IMG/VR virus record: IMGVR_UViG_3300010158_000027
Location: 124,001 to 188,000 of that record
Length of the DNA: 64,000 nt
Reading direction: 5' to 3' (one strand)
Both the position numbers and the translations under genes were made by a program. Positions within the stretch are counted from its first letter, which is position 1; each line of letters starts with the position of its first letter. A model generated the notes under the pieces. The model saw only the letters and a program-made list of their open reading frames with translations. It searched no databases and had not been told where the DNA came from. Of this stretch, positions 40,901 through 51,898 are shown piece after piece.

Positions 40901-43900
40901 TGATTTAGTGAGCGTGGTGGAGTCAACAACATCTGGGGGGTTATTTGTTGGTGGATCATTTGATAGTTACGATGGGGGTAATGGGTCGGGAATGGTTAAA
41001 TTAGCCGCTGATGGAACTTTAGACCCGTTATTCCCCAATTTTGCTGGTTTTACTTCATTCCTTGGTAGTGATTTAATTAAAGTAAGCGATTTAAAAATAC
41101 AGCCATGGGATAATAAAATAATTGTTACGGGATTTTTTGATATGTTTAATTATGTTCCGTTAACTGTACCTCAAGATATTGTTAGATTAAATTCGAACGG
41201 TACTATTGACGGTACATTCGTACCGCCAGCCTCGTTTTCTGATGGGGGTAAAATTGCGATAGACACCGACGTGTTAAGTCCTTATTACCAAAAAATTTAT
41301 ATAACAAGAAACATTACGGGAGGTGCGAATAAATTAAAAAGATATAACACGGACGGAACTGTAGATGCAACATTTAACTGTTCGTTTAACACGACTGTGA
41401 TTACCTCCACAAAAATACAAACAATTAAAATTGATAAAAATGGTAAGTTACTTGTTGGTTTAGATGGTGATTTCTGGTATATCGGAGGAGAACTTGTATC
41501 TGGAATTGTTAGATTAAACCATGACGGGTCATTAGATACTACGTTTAATATGGGGTCAATGGGTGTCCCATCCGGTAAAAAGGTTACCGCAATAGAAGTA
41601 CAATCCGATGGTAAAATTTTGGTTGGGGGGGATTTCACCCAATACAATGGGGTGGATAGATTAAATATTTTAAGATTAATGGATGACGGAACGTTAGATG
41701 GTACGTTTTATTATGGGGCGGATTTTTCTACCAACTTTGGTTCATATGTTTCAGCAATAAAGACACTCACTAACGGTAACATCGTGGTTGGTGGTTTATT
41801 CTCTAATTCAGATAGTACAGCACAAAAAAATGTTAGAGTTTTAAATCCCGACGGAACAAATCGCGCGGGGTTCTCATTTGCATCTCCAACAGCCCCAATG
41901 GATATTTGGAGAAATGTTGCGAGAGGTTATACCGAAACACCACCAGAGGTATTTAGTGGTTTTAAGGGTAAAGAGCTCATATTTTTAACTAGAGGGGTTG
42001 ATCCATACACGGAAAAACAAACAATAGAATATGATATATCTAAATTATTTAATCGACCACCTAATACCCTTAAAGTTAAAGGTGAATATTATTTAAATAT
42101 CCCTATACAAAGTTGTTCACCCGAATCATTAAGTTCCGGAGATTGGGCAATACCTGGAGTTACCCCAGCAACGTGGAGAAGCTCATACCGTACACCCGAG
42201 TCTTTAGATGTTGTGAATAATAAAAACTATAAAATATATCACAAACCTTTTAATGATTTTACAATACAAACGCCATGGACAGCATTTACAAACAACTCTG
42301 TTAAATATTATACATCGACAGATAAATCAAGGGTGACACATAGAGCGTATGACGACGATATATTTACGATATCTGATTTTACGACTAACGGAACTTACTG
42401 CCCTGTTTCATATATAGGAACGAACGGATATAGTACTTTAGGGCAGGGTTGGGGTATTGGTGATCCTCCCGAAACCATAAATCCTACTAGTCCTGTTTAT
42501 CGAAATGGGGTCACATTTGATCAGGGGGCTATCGAAGGGGTATCATTTATTGGTTCTAATATTACCCCTGGAAATATAATAAATTTAGAAGATAGTTCGA
42601 ACTTTATAAGGGTATATGCCCCATCGTATCTGATAGATAACCCAACATATGATGTCACGATGACGGAGAAAGACAGGTTAGTTTTACGAACGGATAGACT
42701 ACCAACATCAACAAATACAGAAATTAACGGTAACACATCATTACCATTGTTTTTAAATGATAATTTTTTCATATATAAAATTTCGGAAGAAGGTGACGTT
42801 TTTGCTGTGGACTTAACCATAAACCAACAAACGGATACCACAAATAATATGCAAGACTTTAGTGGTGATTCGCAAAGTGCGGTTTCAGACGCTATTTTGA
42901 ACAGTTTAACCTGTGAAGGGTTAACTAGTTTACAGTGTTATACAGGTGTTGGTGGAGAATTTAGTGTGGTAACACCATGTGCCGCTAACCATGATGGGGA
43001 TTTAACGAAACAAAGAGTTATTGGAGGATGTTATTATTTTGTTCAGGACCCATATCTGAATATTAATTCAATAAAAGAGGATTTTAAATTCTTCGCCGAA
43101 TGGAAGGCTAGATTTAGGTTGACATTCGCAGCGTGTAGAGGCGTTATCGGCCACGTGTTCCAAAACAATTGGGTTAATGGTATGTTATATGCCTTCTCTT
43201 TCAGAAAGAAAACGTTGTATGACTCTCAGGGCGACGTGAAAAAATACGTCTTTTGTGGTTCGAACGATCCATCATTTAATCCGATAAGACCAAATCAAGG
43301 TCCGATATTTTTTGATAAGGATAGAACATCATTTTTTTATCGATCAACACCATATTCGTATGAAACGGGGAAATTTGTAGGACAAAAACCAAAATATAAA
43401 CAATTATTAGGTTTTGGTTCTTGGATTGATGCTAATTATAAAGGACAAAACGAGAGAAATATATTTTTCCCAACAACTATTATGGATTTAGGACCAAGAG
43501 ACGAATTCACAAAAGAGATTTGCTTTAATCCGCAATTAGATGGTTATTTGGTTGATACAATGAAAACAACGTCGTACAACGACACTAGCGATATTTTATT
43601 GTTTTTTATCTTATCGAGACTATTAGATAGTAATTTTTTGGAGCAATTATTAGGGCTTGGAGATTCTTCGGTTAAAGGGTTATTTAGTCGAAGTGAGGAT
43701 AGGTTAGATGGTGATGCGACACAAATGTTTAGTATAAATTCAGAATATGGTATAGTACCGTTTAATGATGATAACTATAATGATGATGATATATTTTTAT
43801 ATAACACCACAACTTCGACTAATAAATCGGGGTCGGTAATTGGTTTATATTTCTCTTCAGACACAAAAAATAGAATTTTATTAACACCTGGAATATCAAC

Positions 43901-44309
43901 ATACGGGACAGTATTACAACAAAATGGGTATCCAAAAACACAAGAAGTACCTATGTATAAATGGGAAAGTGATTTGACATCCCCATCACCAAGTTTATTT
44001 GGTAGTGAATTAAACGATTGGTATACCGGCATTGAAGGTGGAGGATTCTATTCCGTACCTTACCAAAGTATGCAATTTGATACTGCTGATTATTTTAAAC
44101 CACAAAACGGTACTGGACCATTTAACGGAGCAACGGGGTATATTTATAATTACGATACGGACGGGAACCCAAACCAAAACGTAAAATCGTACCCGGCAGA
44201 TCAATCTAAGAGATTCGTAGTTGGTGCCCCATACCATTTTTATTTTGGATTAGGGAAGGGAAAAAGCGCAATTAACAGGTATATAACTAAATATATTTTA
44301 GGGAAATAA
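37995..44309 (+). CDS. giant baseplate/fibre-associated protein with hydrophobic helices and delta-60 (DUF5122-like) beta-propeller
   Basis: 2104 aa; N-terminal GVVAGRV..TN.SGDFMI.GVP beta-sandwich; repeats RLN.DG.LD.TF at about 40700-41880. Confidence 0.6.
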   Translation: MSKNYRFRTKVGQDREVRLQIDQDFDMIEILSLKLKQEDVYTRFCADYGVVAGRVIANGGYGVPNVTISIFVPLSAQDENDPIISTLYPYKDSDQKNEDGYRYNLLPYKQEYGGHTPTGTFPDIQDILERKEVLEIYEKYYKYTVRTNDSGDFMIVGVPLGMQKIVMDMDLSNIGCFSLRPSDLIRMGMGVETQFAGSLFRSSTDLATLPQIVNSKKDIEVTSFWGENEICNVGITRVDFDLRELGIKIEPQTIFMGSMVSTTEEGALGANCKPKFDSGNLCDLISAPGNILAIRQTIYTDSIGYPILEEFKLPEGGIINEDGTWLTELPMNLDFVTTNEFGEQVFSNDPKNGIPTKAKYRFRIQYQNEDGDNSSIIRADYLVPNIKEYGWKSGSSFENEPTYPDLQKKSYAFSLDWQDYGDTGTTLGQQIIQEAINCDDKFFEFNFNRVYTISNFIDRWKWGYNRSRHLGIKEITDRTCNSTTNKMPVNDGVRNFDFIFFLFNILITIVSPIFMTIIVIYHFMAFIYPYIRNFINFFVKIINPIIEFLCESVNFFRRLFNKPEKNCSSKQLNELPEKVFARLSLPMMAYPDCEACSCESVQMGKDPNIPYNDYTNEAINQSQLIDVNSVSEWTWVETEEYNKIQNYCETFPKGCGITLDTLTYGINQGFAGYSGPLTNGKYKLQKTPITTWISQDSPVGAQSYTIHWAQVLNQMNARERYFEGSSVITTIVKNKNFLNVEQPSNPMKDQPLILICDPGTLESIGGAGTLITFTNVLDINDPNITGSTLNQFSTQSVTGTSSYSTTDLVNRTVQNVLPVYTEEIVVDRTLKLKLTKESQAYKFKGGVEYFQVITGNTLDHFNQYLTTPLWTSFIGQYIYSPGMKFRWGKGFGEYGTFGNAPDNAVTSISFTPSEDGIFLGGKFLKYGTNFNQHLVKIDTATGNGLVYTQKTVGDGGFTKYGEGDGFLGPDLVSVVESTTSGGLFVGGSFDSYDGGNGSGMVKLAADGTLDPLFPNFAGFTSFLGSDLIKVSDLKIQPWDNKIIVTGFFDMFNYVPLTVPQDIVRLNSNGTIDGTFVPPASFSDGGKIAIDTDVLSPYYQKIYITRNITGGANKLKRYNTDGTVDATFNCSFNTTVITSTKIQTIKIDKNGKLLVGLDGDFWYIGGELVSGIVRLNHDGSLDTTFNMGSMGVPSGKKVTAIEVQSDGKILVGGDFTQYNGVDRLNILRLMDDGTLDGTFYYGADFSTNFGSYVSAIKTLTNGNIVVGGLFSNSDSTAQKNVRVLNPDGTNRAGFSFASPTAPMDIWRNVARGYTETPPEVFSGFKGKELIFLTRGVDPYTEKQTIEYDISKLFNRPPNTLKVKGEYYLNIPIQSCSPESLSSGDWAIPGVTPATWRSSYRTPESLDVVNNKNYKIYHKPFNDFTIQTPWTAFTNNSVKYYTSTDKSRVTHRAYDDDIFTISDFTTNGTYCPVSYIGTNGYSTLGQGWGIGDPPETINPTSPVYRNGVTFDQGAIEGVSFIGSNITPGNIINLEDSSNFIRVYAPSYLIDNPTYDVTMTEKDRLVLRTDRLPTSTNTEINGNTSLPLFLNDNFFIYKISEEGDVFAVDLTINQQTDTTNNMQDFSGDSQSAVSDAILNSLTCEGLTSLQCYTGVGGEFSVVTPCAANHDGDLTKQRVIGGCYYFVQDPYLNINSIKEDFKFFAEWKARFRLTFAACRGVIGHVFQNNWVNGMLYAFSFRKKTLYDSQGDVKKYVFCGSNDPSFNPIRPNQGPIFFDKDRTSFFYRSTPYSYETGKFVGQKPKYKQLLGFGSWIDANYKGQNERNIFFPTTIMDLGPRDEFTKEICFNPQLDGYLVDTMKTTSYNDTSDILLFFILSRLLDSNFLEQLLGLGDSSVKGLFSRSEDRLDGDATQMFSINSEYGIVPFNDDNYNDDDIFLYNTTTSTNKSGSVIGLYFSSDTKNRILLTPGISTYGTVLQQNGYPKTQEVPMYKWESDLTSPSPSLFGSELNDWYTGIEGGGFYSVPYQSMQFDTADYFKPQNGTGPFNGATGYIYNYDTDGNPNQNVKSYPADQSKRFVVGAPYHFYFGLGKGKSAINRYITKYILGK

Positions 44310-46054
44310 TGAGAAAACAAGATGAAATAAGGATTGTTTTAGGTAATAAACGTTTTATTGGGTCGTCTAACCAACCGGTGCAGGTACAATTACCACTTAT
44401 CGGGGATAGAAGAAATTTTGTACAAGGTGATAGATCAAACGTCGTAAACTTACAAGATGTATTTGAAACGGAAAGACAATCGTCCAACATTTTTAGACTT
44501 TCGGGTAAAATTGTTAATATATTTAACAATACCCTTTCAGGAAGAACGGAGTACACACCATTTAAAAATAGTCTATTTTATGTCAACCCAACCACATCCG
44601 TAACAACAAACGTTTGGGAGGGTTACCCACCATATCAAGAATTTGGGTTTATCAGGGAGGATATGGTTAGCGGACATCTAAATTTTGTACCAAAAAGCTC
44701 AACAACCTACAATTGGAGTATATATACGTCGTACGCATTTAGTAGTACAACTAATCAAGTAATGTCGTACACTGACGAAACGTATAACGTTACAAATACT
44801 AATTTTTCCGTATCTGAGGGTGTTCCCTTTGTTATCGATAATGGTGTTTATAATGGGAAGGATTTAGTATATTTTTACTGCGGAACTAACCATAATTTAA
44901 CCCCCGGTCAGTTTGTGAAATTAAATATTACCATTAACGGTAAAAATGTTTTTCAAGTTTATGATGTGGGCGATGGGACATATAATTCCGAGACGCGAGT
45001 TTTTAGTGTGTATAATTTAAAATTTGAACCCACCGATATCCAAACGGGTAAATATGGTAACTTTAAAAGGATATTAACATTAACTAATAGTGCTGAAACA
45101 GAATCAAGATATTACGTTAGGTTACATAAAATCTTAACCACACAAGACGAAACCTTTCTAACTAAAATGGCTTTTGAAAACAACCCATTTCCGATTAAAC
45201 GAAAGTTAGAGTATTCTGGGTTAACACCCAACAACACCCAAAGGGTTTCGGTTAAAGACGGTAGACAAACCTACGGATATACCATAAATAAGGATATAGA
45301 TATAACTAATCTAATCGATAATACTGGTAAACCGATACGTGAGTTATTTGTTTCTATCATAAATAAAGGTTATGGGGGATGGTTTAATAAACCGGACACC
45401 CAAACCAGCGCGATTGATATCGGTTGGGATTTTAATTTTACAAAAACAAATATTAATTACTGGTGGACACACAATTCAAGTAATAATAAAGATAATATTC
45501 CTGTTGACTCTTACATTAAAAATGGAAAAACCTTTTACTATAATAAAACATTAAACGTTGGTGATATAATAAAAGGTGATTTTTGTGAATATAACGATAT
45601 TGAACAAACAGAATACGTGTTATCCGATTTATATCACAAATATAGTTTTAATTCAGAACTTTTTACCCCAAACCATTCCGATAGTGGGGTCGCTTCGTTA
45701 ACTGGGTTTTATAGTGTAATCGATACGATGTTACCTCCAGGGTACTCGTACAAACCACATTATTCAATACCGATTAGGGTTTTTAGTAATTATATTGAGG
45801 CAACAGACATCAATCAAATATCCCAAGTACCATTTCATGCGTATTATTCTAATAATAATGAGGAGTTAATTTGGCGAGACGTTTATACTTATGGTTATAC
45901 GGATAGTGATGGTAGAGGTGTGAATTCCCCATTTATTAACGGGGCACATTACCCATTTGGGGATATAATATTTTTACAACACCCGATGAGTAGAGACACT
46001 AGTGGTTTCTTCACTAACGAAATAAATCAACCAACAACGGATGACTGTGAATAA
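44309..46054 (+). CDS. virion structural protein (baseplate region)
   Basis: 581 aa, TAATG-coupled, aromatic and beta-rich. Confidence 0.6.
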   Translation: MRKQDEIRIVLGNKRFIGSSNQPVQVQLPLIGDRRNFVQGDRSNVVNLQDVFETERQSSNIFRLSGKIVNIFNNTLSGRTEYTPFKNSLFYVNPTTSVTTNVWEGYPPYQEFGFIREDMVSGHLNFVPKSSTTYNWSIYTSYAFSSTTNQVMSYTDETYNVTNTNFSVSEGVPFVIDNGVYNGKDLVYFYCGTNHNLTPGQFVKLNITINGKNVFQVYDVGDGTYNSETRVFSVYNLKFEPTDIQTGKYGNFKRILTLTNSAETESRYYVRLHKILTTQDETFLTKMAFENNPFPIKRKLEYSGLTPNNTQRVSVKDGRQTYGYTINKDIDITNLIDNTGKPIRELFVSIINKGYGGWFNKPDTQTSAIDIGWDFNFTKTNINYWWTHNSSNNKDNIPVDSYIKNGKTFYYNKTLNVGDIIKGDFCEYNDIEQTEYVLSDLYHKYSFNSELFTPNHSDSGVASLTGFYSVIDTMLPPGYSYKPHYSIPIRVFSNYIEATDINQISQVPFHAYYSNNNEELIWRDVYTYGYTDSDGRGVNSPFINGAHYPFGDIIFLQHPMSRDTSGFFTNEINQPTTDDCE

Positions 46055-46883
46055 TAATTATTTTAGAAAAATAGTAACAGGTACTGAGGAGTATATTAAT
46101 ATCCCTTTAGAAATTACTTTCGATATGGAAGGTAGGGGTGATATGATTCGGGAATGGGAGAATGAGGTAATAAAAGACATAATAAATCCAATAAACGATT
46201 TTGAAGTCACTAAATTCGCACACAAAGATTACTACGTACTTGGGGAATTAAAAACGGACATTAATTACGAATTTAACTTTTTTAATTATTTAAACACACC
46301 AATGTCAGCAACTACTAGTGATTGGGGTAGTGATTATCAAAACGCATCGTTTACAGATTCTGAAATCTATTATTTTGCTAATTCATTTAAAAATAGCTTT
46401 TTTAAGTTGGATTTTTATGACACCAACCAAACCGAAAACCAAACAAACCTATTAAGTATAATAATACCAACACAGCAAGGATTAAAGGAACCAGGAACCA
46501 TTGGTCCACCATTAAATCAGACATCAGTTGAGGTGAAAAAACCAAAATTTGTGTTGGACTATGCTGGCGCAGATAAAGAAGGGTTTTATGTGTATGGGTT
46601 AAAAGATAAAAATTATTTAAATAGGACGGAATTTTATGTTAGTGCAAAATTCTTTAACGGAAAAAAGGGACAATTTATTCGAATGATTAATCAACCACAA
46701 TCAACAATGACGGGGTTGAGTAAATTTAACGTAGATAAGACTGAATTGTTTTATTATAAATATGAAATAAATTATGATACTTATGATTATCAGGTATACA
46801 CTTTTAGTAATGGTATAGGTAACATAAAAAGAGTGGGATCGTCTAGTGATCCAATAATGTGGTATGAATATGTTAATCCATAA
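46041..46883 (+). CDS. virion structural protein (baseplate region)
   Basis: 280 aa, overlaps the upstream stop. Confidence 0.6.
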   Translation: MTVNNNYFRKIVTGTEEYINIPLEITFDMEGRGDMIREWENEVIKDIINPINDFEVTKFAHKDYYVLGELKTDINYEFNFFNYLNTPMSATTSDWGSDYQNASFTDSEIYYFANSFKNSFFKLDFYDTNQTENQTNLLSIIIPTQQGLKEPGTIGPPLNQTSVEVKKPKFVLDYAGADKEGFYVYGLKDKNYLNRTEFYVSAKFFNGKKGQFIRMINQPQSTMTGLSKFNVDKTELFYYKYEINYDTYDYQVYTFSNGIGNIKRVGSSSDPIMWYEYVNP

Positions 46884-47968
46884 TGGCATCAGAGAGAATT
46901 AATATAGTAATATCCCCCGAAATATTAAATAGAGATTTATTTAATATAAATTACGACGGAAATACTTTTGGGATTTATTCTGGAATGACACAAATCTTAA
47001 GTGGAGGGGAAACCGGGGGATCACTCTTAACGGGGTTAACCATACCCATTTTATTTACTGAAACTTTTAATGATTTAGGTTTTTATGATGAATTTGATGG
47101 GTTTATTGATCAGGCGGACACCGTGAACAATTTCATCCTTTCAGGTGACGCCACTAATCCTTATTTGGTTACTCTTTATAATAGTGCAGGATTTAAAACG
47201 AATAATTATTTGGAGGTTTCAAACTACATTGTTGATTGGGGGGATGGAAGTAGCTCAGCAACCTTAAATGTTACATATAATACCCAACCACATTATTACC
47301 CACCAACACCACAAACGTACACAATAAAAATGACCCAAAATAATTTATGGGGAACAACAAATGTGTTTAAAAATGTGACTGTACCATTTACTGGAGTTAC
47401 AGTTAATAACGTTTTAGATAACGTGACATTCACTCAAAACGGAGGAAATTGGTCGGGGATTCCGATAAGTTACGATTTTATATTTACAGGTGATAGCAAT
47501 AACAATATACAAAATCAAATATCAAGTTATTATACTGCAGTGCCTTTTATAGTGTCTGGATTCACTAACTCTAAATTAAATCTTTTAAGAAGGTGGGGAC
47601 CAAACCCATTTACGGTTGGACACATCATGTCTTTAGGGCATAATAAAATTGGGTATGTTGATGAAATTACTGAAACATACACAGCATATACAATAAACAG
47701 TATTAATTACTTTGATTTTAAAGAAAATAAAAAAACCATATTTTTTGTCGAGTCCTCAGGTTTAACCGCTAATGATATGGTGGTTTCGGGATTAACAAAG
47801 GATGAATTATTGCTTGATTTTGTAATGGATCCCGAAGTTCAGTCTGACGTTTTCATACAAAGAGGGAATTATAGCGGTACTGAACAATTACAAAGATTAG
47901 GTGAAGTGGATAATTTAGGTGATTTAATAAGGTACGGTTATGGTTATTTTATATTAAATGAGACATAA
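46883..47968 (+). CDS. virion structural protein with PKD-like motif
   Basis: 361 aa, IVDWGDGS motif, TAATG-coupled. Confidence 0.6.
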   Translation: MASERINIVISPEILNRDLFNINYDGNTFGIYSGMTQILSGGETGGSLLTGLTIPILFTETFNDLGFYDEFDGFIDQADTVNNFILSGDATNPYLVTLYNSAGFKTNNYLEVSNYIVDWGDGSSSATLNVTYNTQPHYYPPTPQTYTIKMTQNNLWGTTNVFKNVTVPFTGVTVNNVLDNVTFTQNGGNWSGIPISYDFIFTGDSNNNIQNQISSYYTAVPFIVSGFTNSKLNLLRRWGPNPFTVGHIMSLGHNKIGYVDEITETYTAYTINSINYFDFKENKKTIFFVESSGLTANDMVVSGLTKDELLLDFVMDPEVQSDVFIQRGNYSGTEQLQRLGEVDNLGDLIRYGYGYFILNET

Positions 47969-48002
47969 AAGCTCAATAAACTCTATTTATAAATAAAAAA
48001 GA

Positions 48003-48911
48003 ATGGCATTAGGTGCATATGGTATAGTTAGACCCGCAGACGTTTCACCACAAGATGTTGAAATAATATTAAATTACACACCATCAAGGGATGTTACGAA
48101 TAATTTTGTACTTAAAAAATTAGACGCGGCGAGTATTTTAACCCCGTATTTCCACAATAGTGATACGGGGGGAAACGCTAACATCGAAATACTCGGTGGA
48201 TTATATAATCTTAAATTACCCGCAAGTGAATTTAATAAAGTTGGTATATATACTTTGTATGTAAGACCCGCTGAGATAAGAACAAAAATTGAGGATTGTG
48301 GGATTTTATCAGCATTACCGAATGTTAAGGGTATCGTTTTAAATCTTAATAACGTACCACAACAATATAGAAACAAATTCACAAACCAGGGATTGGTTGG
48401 GTTTAGAATTGAATATTTAAATTCTGACGGAACAAAAATTCCCAACTTTTATAGAATAGTAACCTCATCTTTTTTCTGTGAACCGATTATTACTGATCAA
48501 GTAAATACGTCACAAAAAGTGATAAGATATAGATATTTAGAGAATGCTGGTGATTTATTATTTTGTACACTTTCACCATCGGCATCACCAACAAATAAAC
48601 CAAGCGCTACTCCATTTATTGGGCAACCAAACCAAAATATAATAATAACTAATACATTTTTTAATCCAATAACTATGGACATCCAAATCGCGGAGCACGA
48701 TATCGATACTTTGGCTATTGCATTATATGGTAATCAAACTAAGAGTATTGATGATGGTATTTACACACTTTATGATAGTGCAAATAACATATATAAACAG
48801 TACAATCTATTTGAGGTTAGAGACAACTTTAATGAATTATTATATGAGGTTAGACAAGATAGAGGGGTAAACATAGATTTTAGTAAAAACTTTACAAATA
48901 TTATTAGTTAA
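48003..48911 (+). CDS. virion structural protein
   Basis: 302 aa, TATTTAT upstream, coupled to the next gene. Confidence 0.6.
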   Translation: MALGAYGIVRPADVSPQDVEIILNYTPSRDVTNNFVLKKLDAASILTPYFHNSDTGGNANIEILGGLYNLKLPASEFNKVGIYTLYVRPAEIRTKIEDCGILSALPNVKGIVLNLNNVPQQYRNKFTNQGLVGFRIEYLNSDGTKIPNFYRIVTSSFFCEPIITDQVNTSQKVIRYRYLENAGDLLFCTLSPSASPTNKPSATPFIGQPNQNIIITNTFFNPITMDIQIAEHDIDTLAIALYGNQTKSIDDGIYTLYDSANNIYKQYNLFEVRDNFNELLYEVRQDRGVNIDFSKNFTNIIS

Positions 48912-51898
48912 TGGCAAAAACTAAATATACCTTCCCACCACAACCAGCAATTGGTTCTGCGACGTTTTCTGATGATTTAGTTGGGTTACAATTAGTCGGA
49001 GGGGGAGGATTGACGCTTGGAAATTTTGAATTCACATCAGCAATTACTGAAAAAAACAATCGTTCATTTACCACTGGAGTTTTTTCGGAACCATTTAATT
49101 TAGAGAATTTACAAATCCCTACAATTGAACAAGCAAAGATTTTAATACAAAAAAATTTCCAAGTATATCCTAATTATGACTTATCACAAATTACAAGTTT
49201 TTCTTTGTATGGTTCTTTACAAAAAAGGATGTCAGCATCCATCACTAAGATAATTAACTTTTTCCCGGCAGCGATACAGGTCGACACGGTAAATTATGCG
49301 CTACAAACGGGGAATACCGCCAGTAATATAGTATATGATGAGATAGCTCATGAAACGTCATTTGATATTGATGTCACCTACCTTAAAAACCCATTTGATA
49401 TTGATTATTCGTTAAATGCTAATAAAAACATTTCGGCAAGACCGATGAAGGTTTCTAAATATAGAAATTTATCTAGTTATTATACTGACTTTTCGTTATA
49501 TATCGAAAACTTTGATGTCGAATATAAAGTCGTTGATTTTGACGCATCACCAACCCTTACTGGGGGTACGGTGACGGTTTACGTCGAAGGGAAACCATTT
49601 ACGTCGACAACAACAACGGACACGTTAATACTTAAACCTAACGATTTAGTCACCGAAAAAGTTTTTAGTGATGATTTTGATGTGGTTGAGGATTATATGT
49701 TAAATAGGGTTTCAAACCCATTATATACTACGGTTTTTAAATATCCCGACTACGACAGTAACGGTAATTTCGTTATGTATACTAAAAAAGTTGTGTGGAA
49801 TTTAGATGGTTTATGGAATTTAGATATTAGAACTGAATTGTTTGATACGTATCTTGCAAACATAAATTACATTGCCGAAGCTTTAGATGTCTATAAAACG
49901 AATTTAATTAGTAGGTTTTTAACTTCAGGGTCATTAAAAGAATTTGATACCCAAGATCAAAAGGTTGAAAAAGTATTACAATTATATGGTAGAAGTTTTG
50001 ATGAAGTTAAAACGTTCGTCGATTCACTTACACATATGACTTCAGTTAATTATGTTGTTGGGGATGACATACCGTCACAATTATTAAAAAATTTAGCACA
50101 AACATTAGGTATAAATACTAATATGTCACCCATAACTAACGACTCTTTGTTGGGTACGATATTCTCAACGGCAACTGAAGTTATATATCCTGGACAATTA
50201 AACCAACAAACCCCTGCGGAATTAAACTACCAGTTTTATAGAAATATAATATTAAATTCTGGATTTTTATTTAGATCTAAAGGTACTAGGAAATCGATAG
50301 AATATATTTTAAGAATGGTAGGTGCGCCTGAGGCGTTAATAGAATTTAATGAATATATCTACATCGCCGATCAAAAAATATCGTTAGATGAGTTTAATGA
50401 GCAATACATTCAAATATCGGGAGGTACTCAATACGTTGAATCACCAGCGTATTTAACGAGTAACACCTTTAAGATTTTAGGAACACAATATACAGGATTC
50501 ACATCTAGTGGGTTTTTAAGACAATCTAATTTAGATTTAATATATTATCCGTTTAATCTTGATACTGGGTATCCTCAGCGTCCTGAGTATACCGACGATT
50601 ACTTCTTTCAAAAAGGAGCGGGATGGTTTGAAGTCACTCCCGATCATCGATCAAGTGAGCAGATTAATACCTCATTATCTAATTTCAATGTCAGTCCCGC
50701 AGTTATTAAAACTAGTTTAAAACCATTCACATATGGGGAGGATTATTTGGACAGGTTTAGAAAGTTCCCATTTTTAGAAATTGGGTATAATTTAACAAAA
50801 ACAATAGATAATAAGAAGTCGTGGAAAGCTGACGAAGTGGGGTTAAGGAAATATAACGAATCCCTATCCCAAACAAATTATTATGTTGAGGACGAAAGGT
50901 TAGTGTTGAATGTTAAAAACATGGAGGTTTATTTGAACATGGGTCAAGGTATCACTTATGATATTTGGGAAATGTCATCTAAATATGGTTATCCAATCCC
51001 AAATTCGGGATTAACGGCACCATACCCAACGCCAGGGCTTAATGACTGGACGGTTATTAACCCTAAACCTGATAAGAAAACATTTGCGGAGTTTGCCCAA
51101 ACATTCTATAATAATTTAATAAATGTTAGAAATAGACAAACCATATTTGATGGTAAAACGGGCGGGTATCCGGCTCTACAGTCTATTTTTTGGAAATATT
51201 TACAAACCGATCAAACTATAAACATACCGAATAATAAATTCACCTACCAAAAAATGATTGATTTCACTTTAGGTTTAGGTGACTATTGGGTGAGGTTCTT
51301 AGAGCAATTTGTACCAGCAACCACTATTTGGAATACGGGGCAAAAAATGGACAACTCAATATTTCACAGACAAAAAGTTGTTTGGAGAAGACAAAGGAGT
51401 TGTGAATACATTGCGTTGTCTTGTATACCATGTGAGTATAATGGACAACCTTATACGTATGATTGTATCGATCAAACAACACAATGTACTTTACCAACAT
51501 TTGACCCAGCATCGGTTTTAAACCAAAAAGTACAACAGTTGTACGCATCTTCAGGGTTTACGAGTACCGATTGTGACGTCACTACAATAATTGCTAATTG
51601 GTCGGTAGTTTTAAAATTGAAAGATATTGTAACGAATGTTGAAACCACATTAATTGATGAACCTATTTTTACGTCCTACGGACAAAGCGCAATCGACACG
51701 TCGACGAACCTACCGGTTTCATATTATAACATTATAAACTATATTGACAATGCCCTCGAGTATTTATATCAAAACGGATTAAACTACTCTTTTGTTGGGG
51801 GAACCCTAATTATTAGTAACTCATCTTGTTACGATAATTTTACAAATAAACAATTAAACCTAAATATTGGTTTAAACATACAAATTAATTGTGGATAA
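48911..51898 (+). CDS. baseplate wedge protein (gp7 / P2 gpI-like domain)
   Basis: LLKNLAQTLG...FYRNI..FLFRSKGTRKSIEYIL motif. Confidence 0.65.
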   Translation: MAKTKYTFPPQPAIGSATFSDDLVGLQLVGGGGLTLGNFEFTSAITEKNNRSFTTGVFSEPFNLENLQIPTIEQAKILIQKNFQVYPNYDLSQITSFSLYGSLQKRMSASITKIINFFPAAIQVDTVNYALQTGNTASNIVYDEIAHETSFDIDVTYLKNPFDIDYSLNANKNISARPMKVSKYRNLSSYYTDFSLYIENFDVEYKVVDFDASPTLTGGTVTVYVEGKPFTSTTTTDTLILKPNDLVTEKVFSDDFDVVEDYMLNRVSNPLYTTVFKYPDYDSNGNFVMYTKKVVWNLDGLWNLDIRTELFDTYLANINYIAEALDVYKTNLISRFLTSGSLKEFDTQDQKVEKVLQLYGRSFDEVKTFVDSLTHMTSVNYVVGDDIPSQLLKNLAQTLGINTNMSPITNDSLLGTIFSTATEVIYPGQLNQQTPAELNYQFYRNIILNSGFLFRSKGTRKSIEYILRMVGAPEALIEFNEYIYIADQKISLDEFNEQYIQISGGTQYVESPAYLTSNTFKILGTQYTGFTSSGFLRQSNLDLIYYPFNLDTGYPQRPEYTDDYFFQKGAGWFEVTPDHRSSEQINTSLSNFNVSPAVIKTSLKPFTYGEDYLDRFRKFPFLEIGYNLTKTIDNKKSWKADEVGLRKYNESLSQTNYYVEDERLVLNVKNMEVYLNMGQGITYDIWEMSSKYGYPIPNSGLTAPYPTPGLNDWTVINPKPDKKTFAEFAQTFYNNLINVRNRQTIFDGKTGGYPALQSIFWKYLQTDQTINIPNNKFTYQKMIDFTLGLGDYWVRFLEQFVPATTIWNTGQKMDNSIFHRQKVVWRRQRSCEYIALSCIPCEYNGQPYTYDCIDQTTQCTLPTFDPASVLNQKVQQLYASSGFTSTDCDVTTIIANWSVVLKLKDIVTNVETTLIDEPIFTSYGQSAIDTSTNLPVSYYNIINYIDNALEYLYQNGLNYSFVGGTLIISNSSCYDNFTNKQLNLNIGLNIQINCG

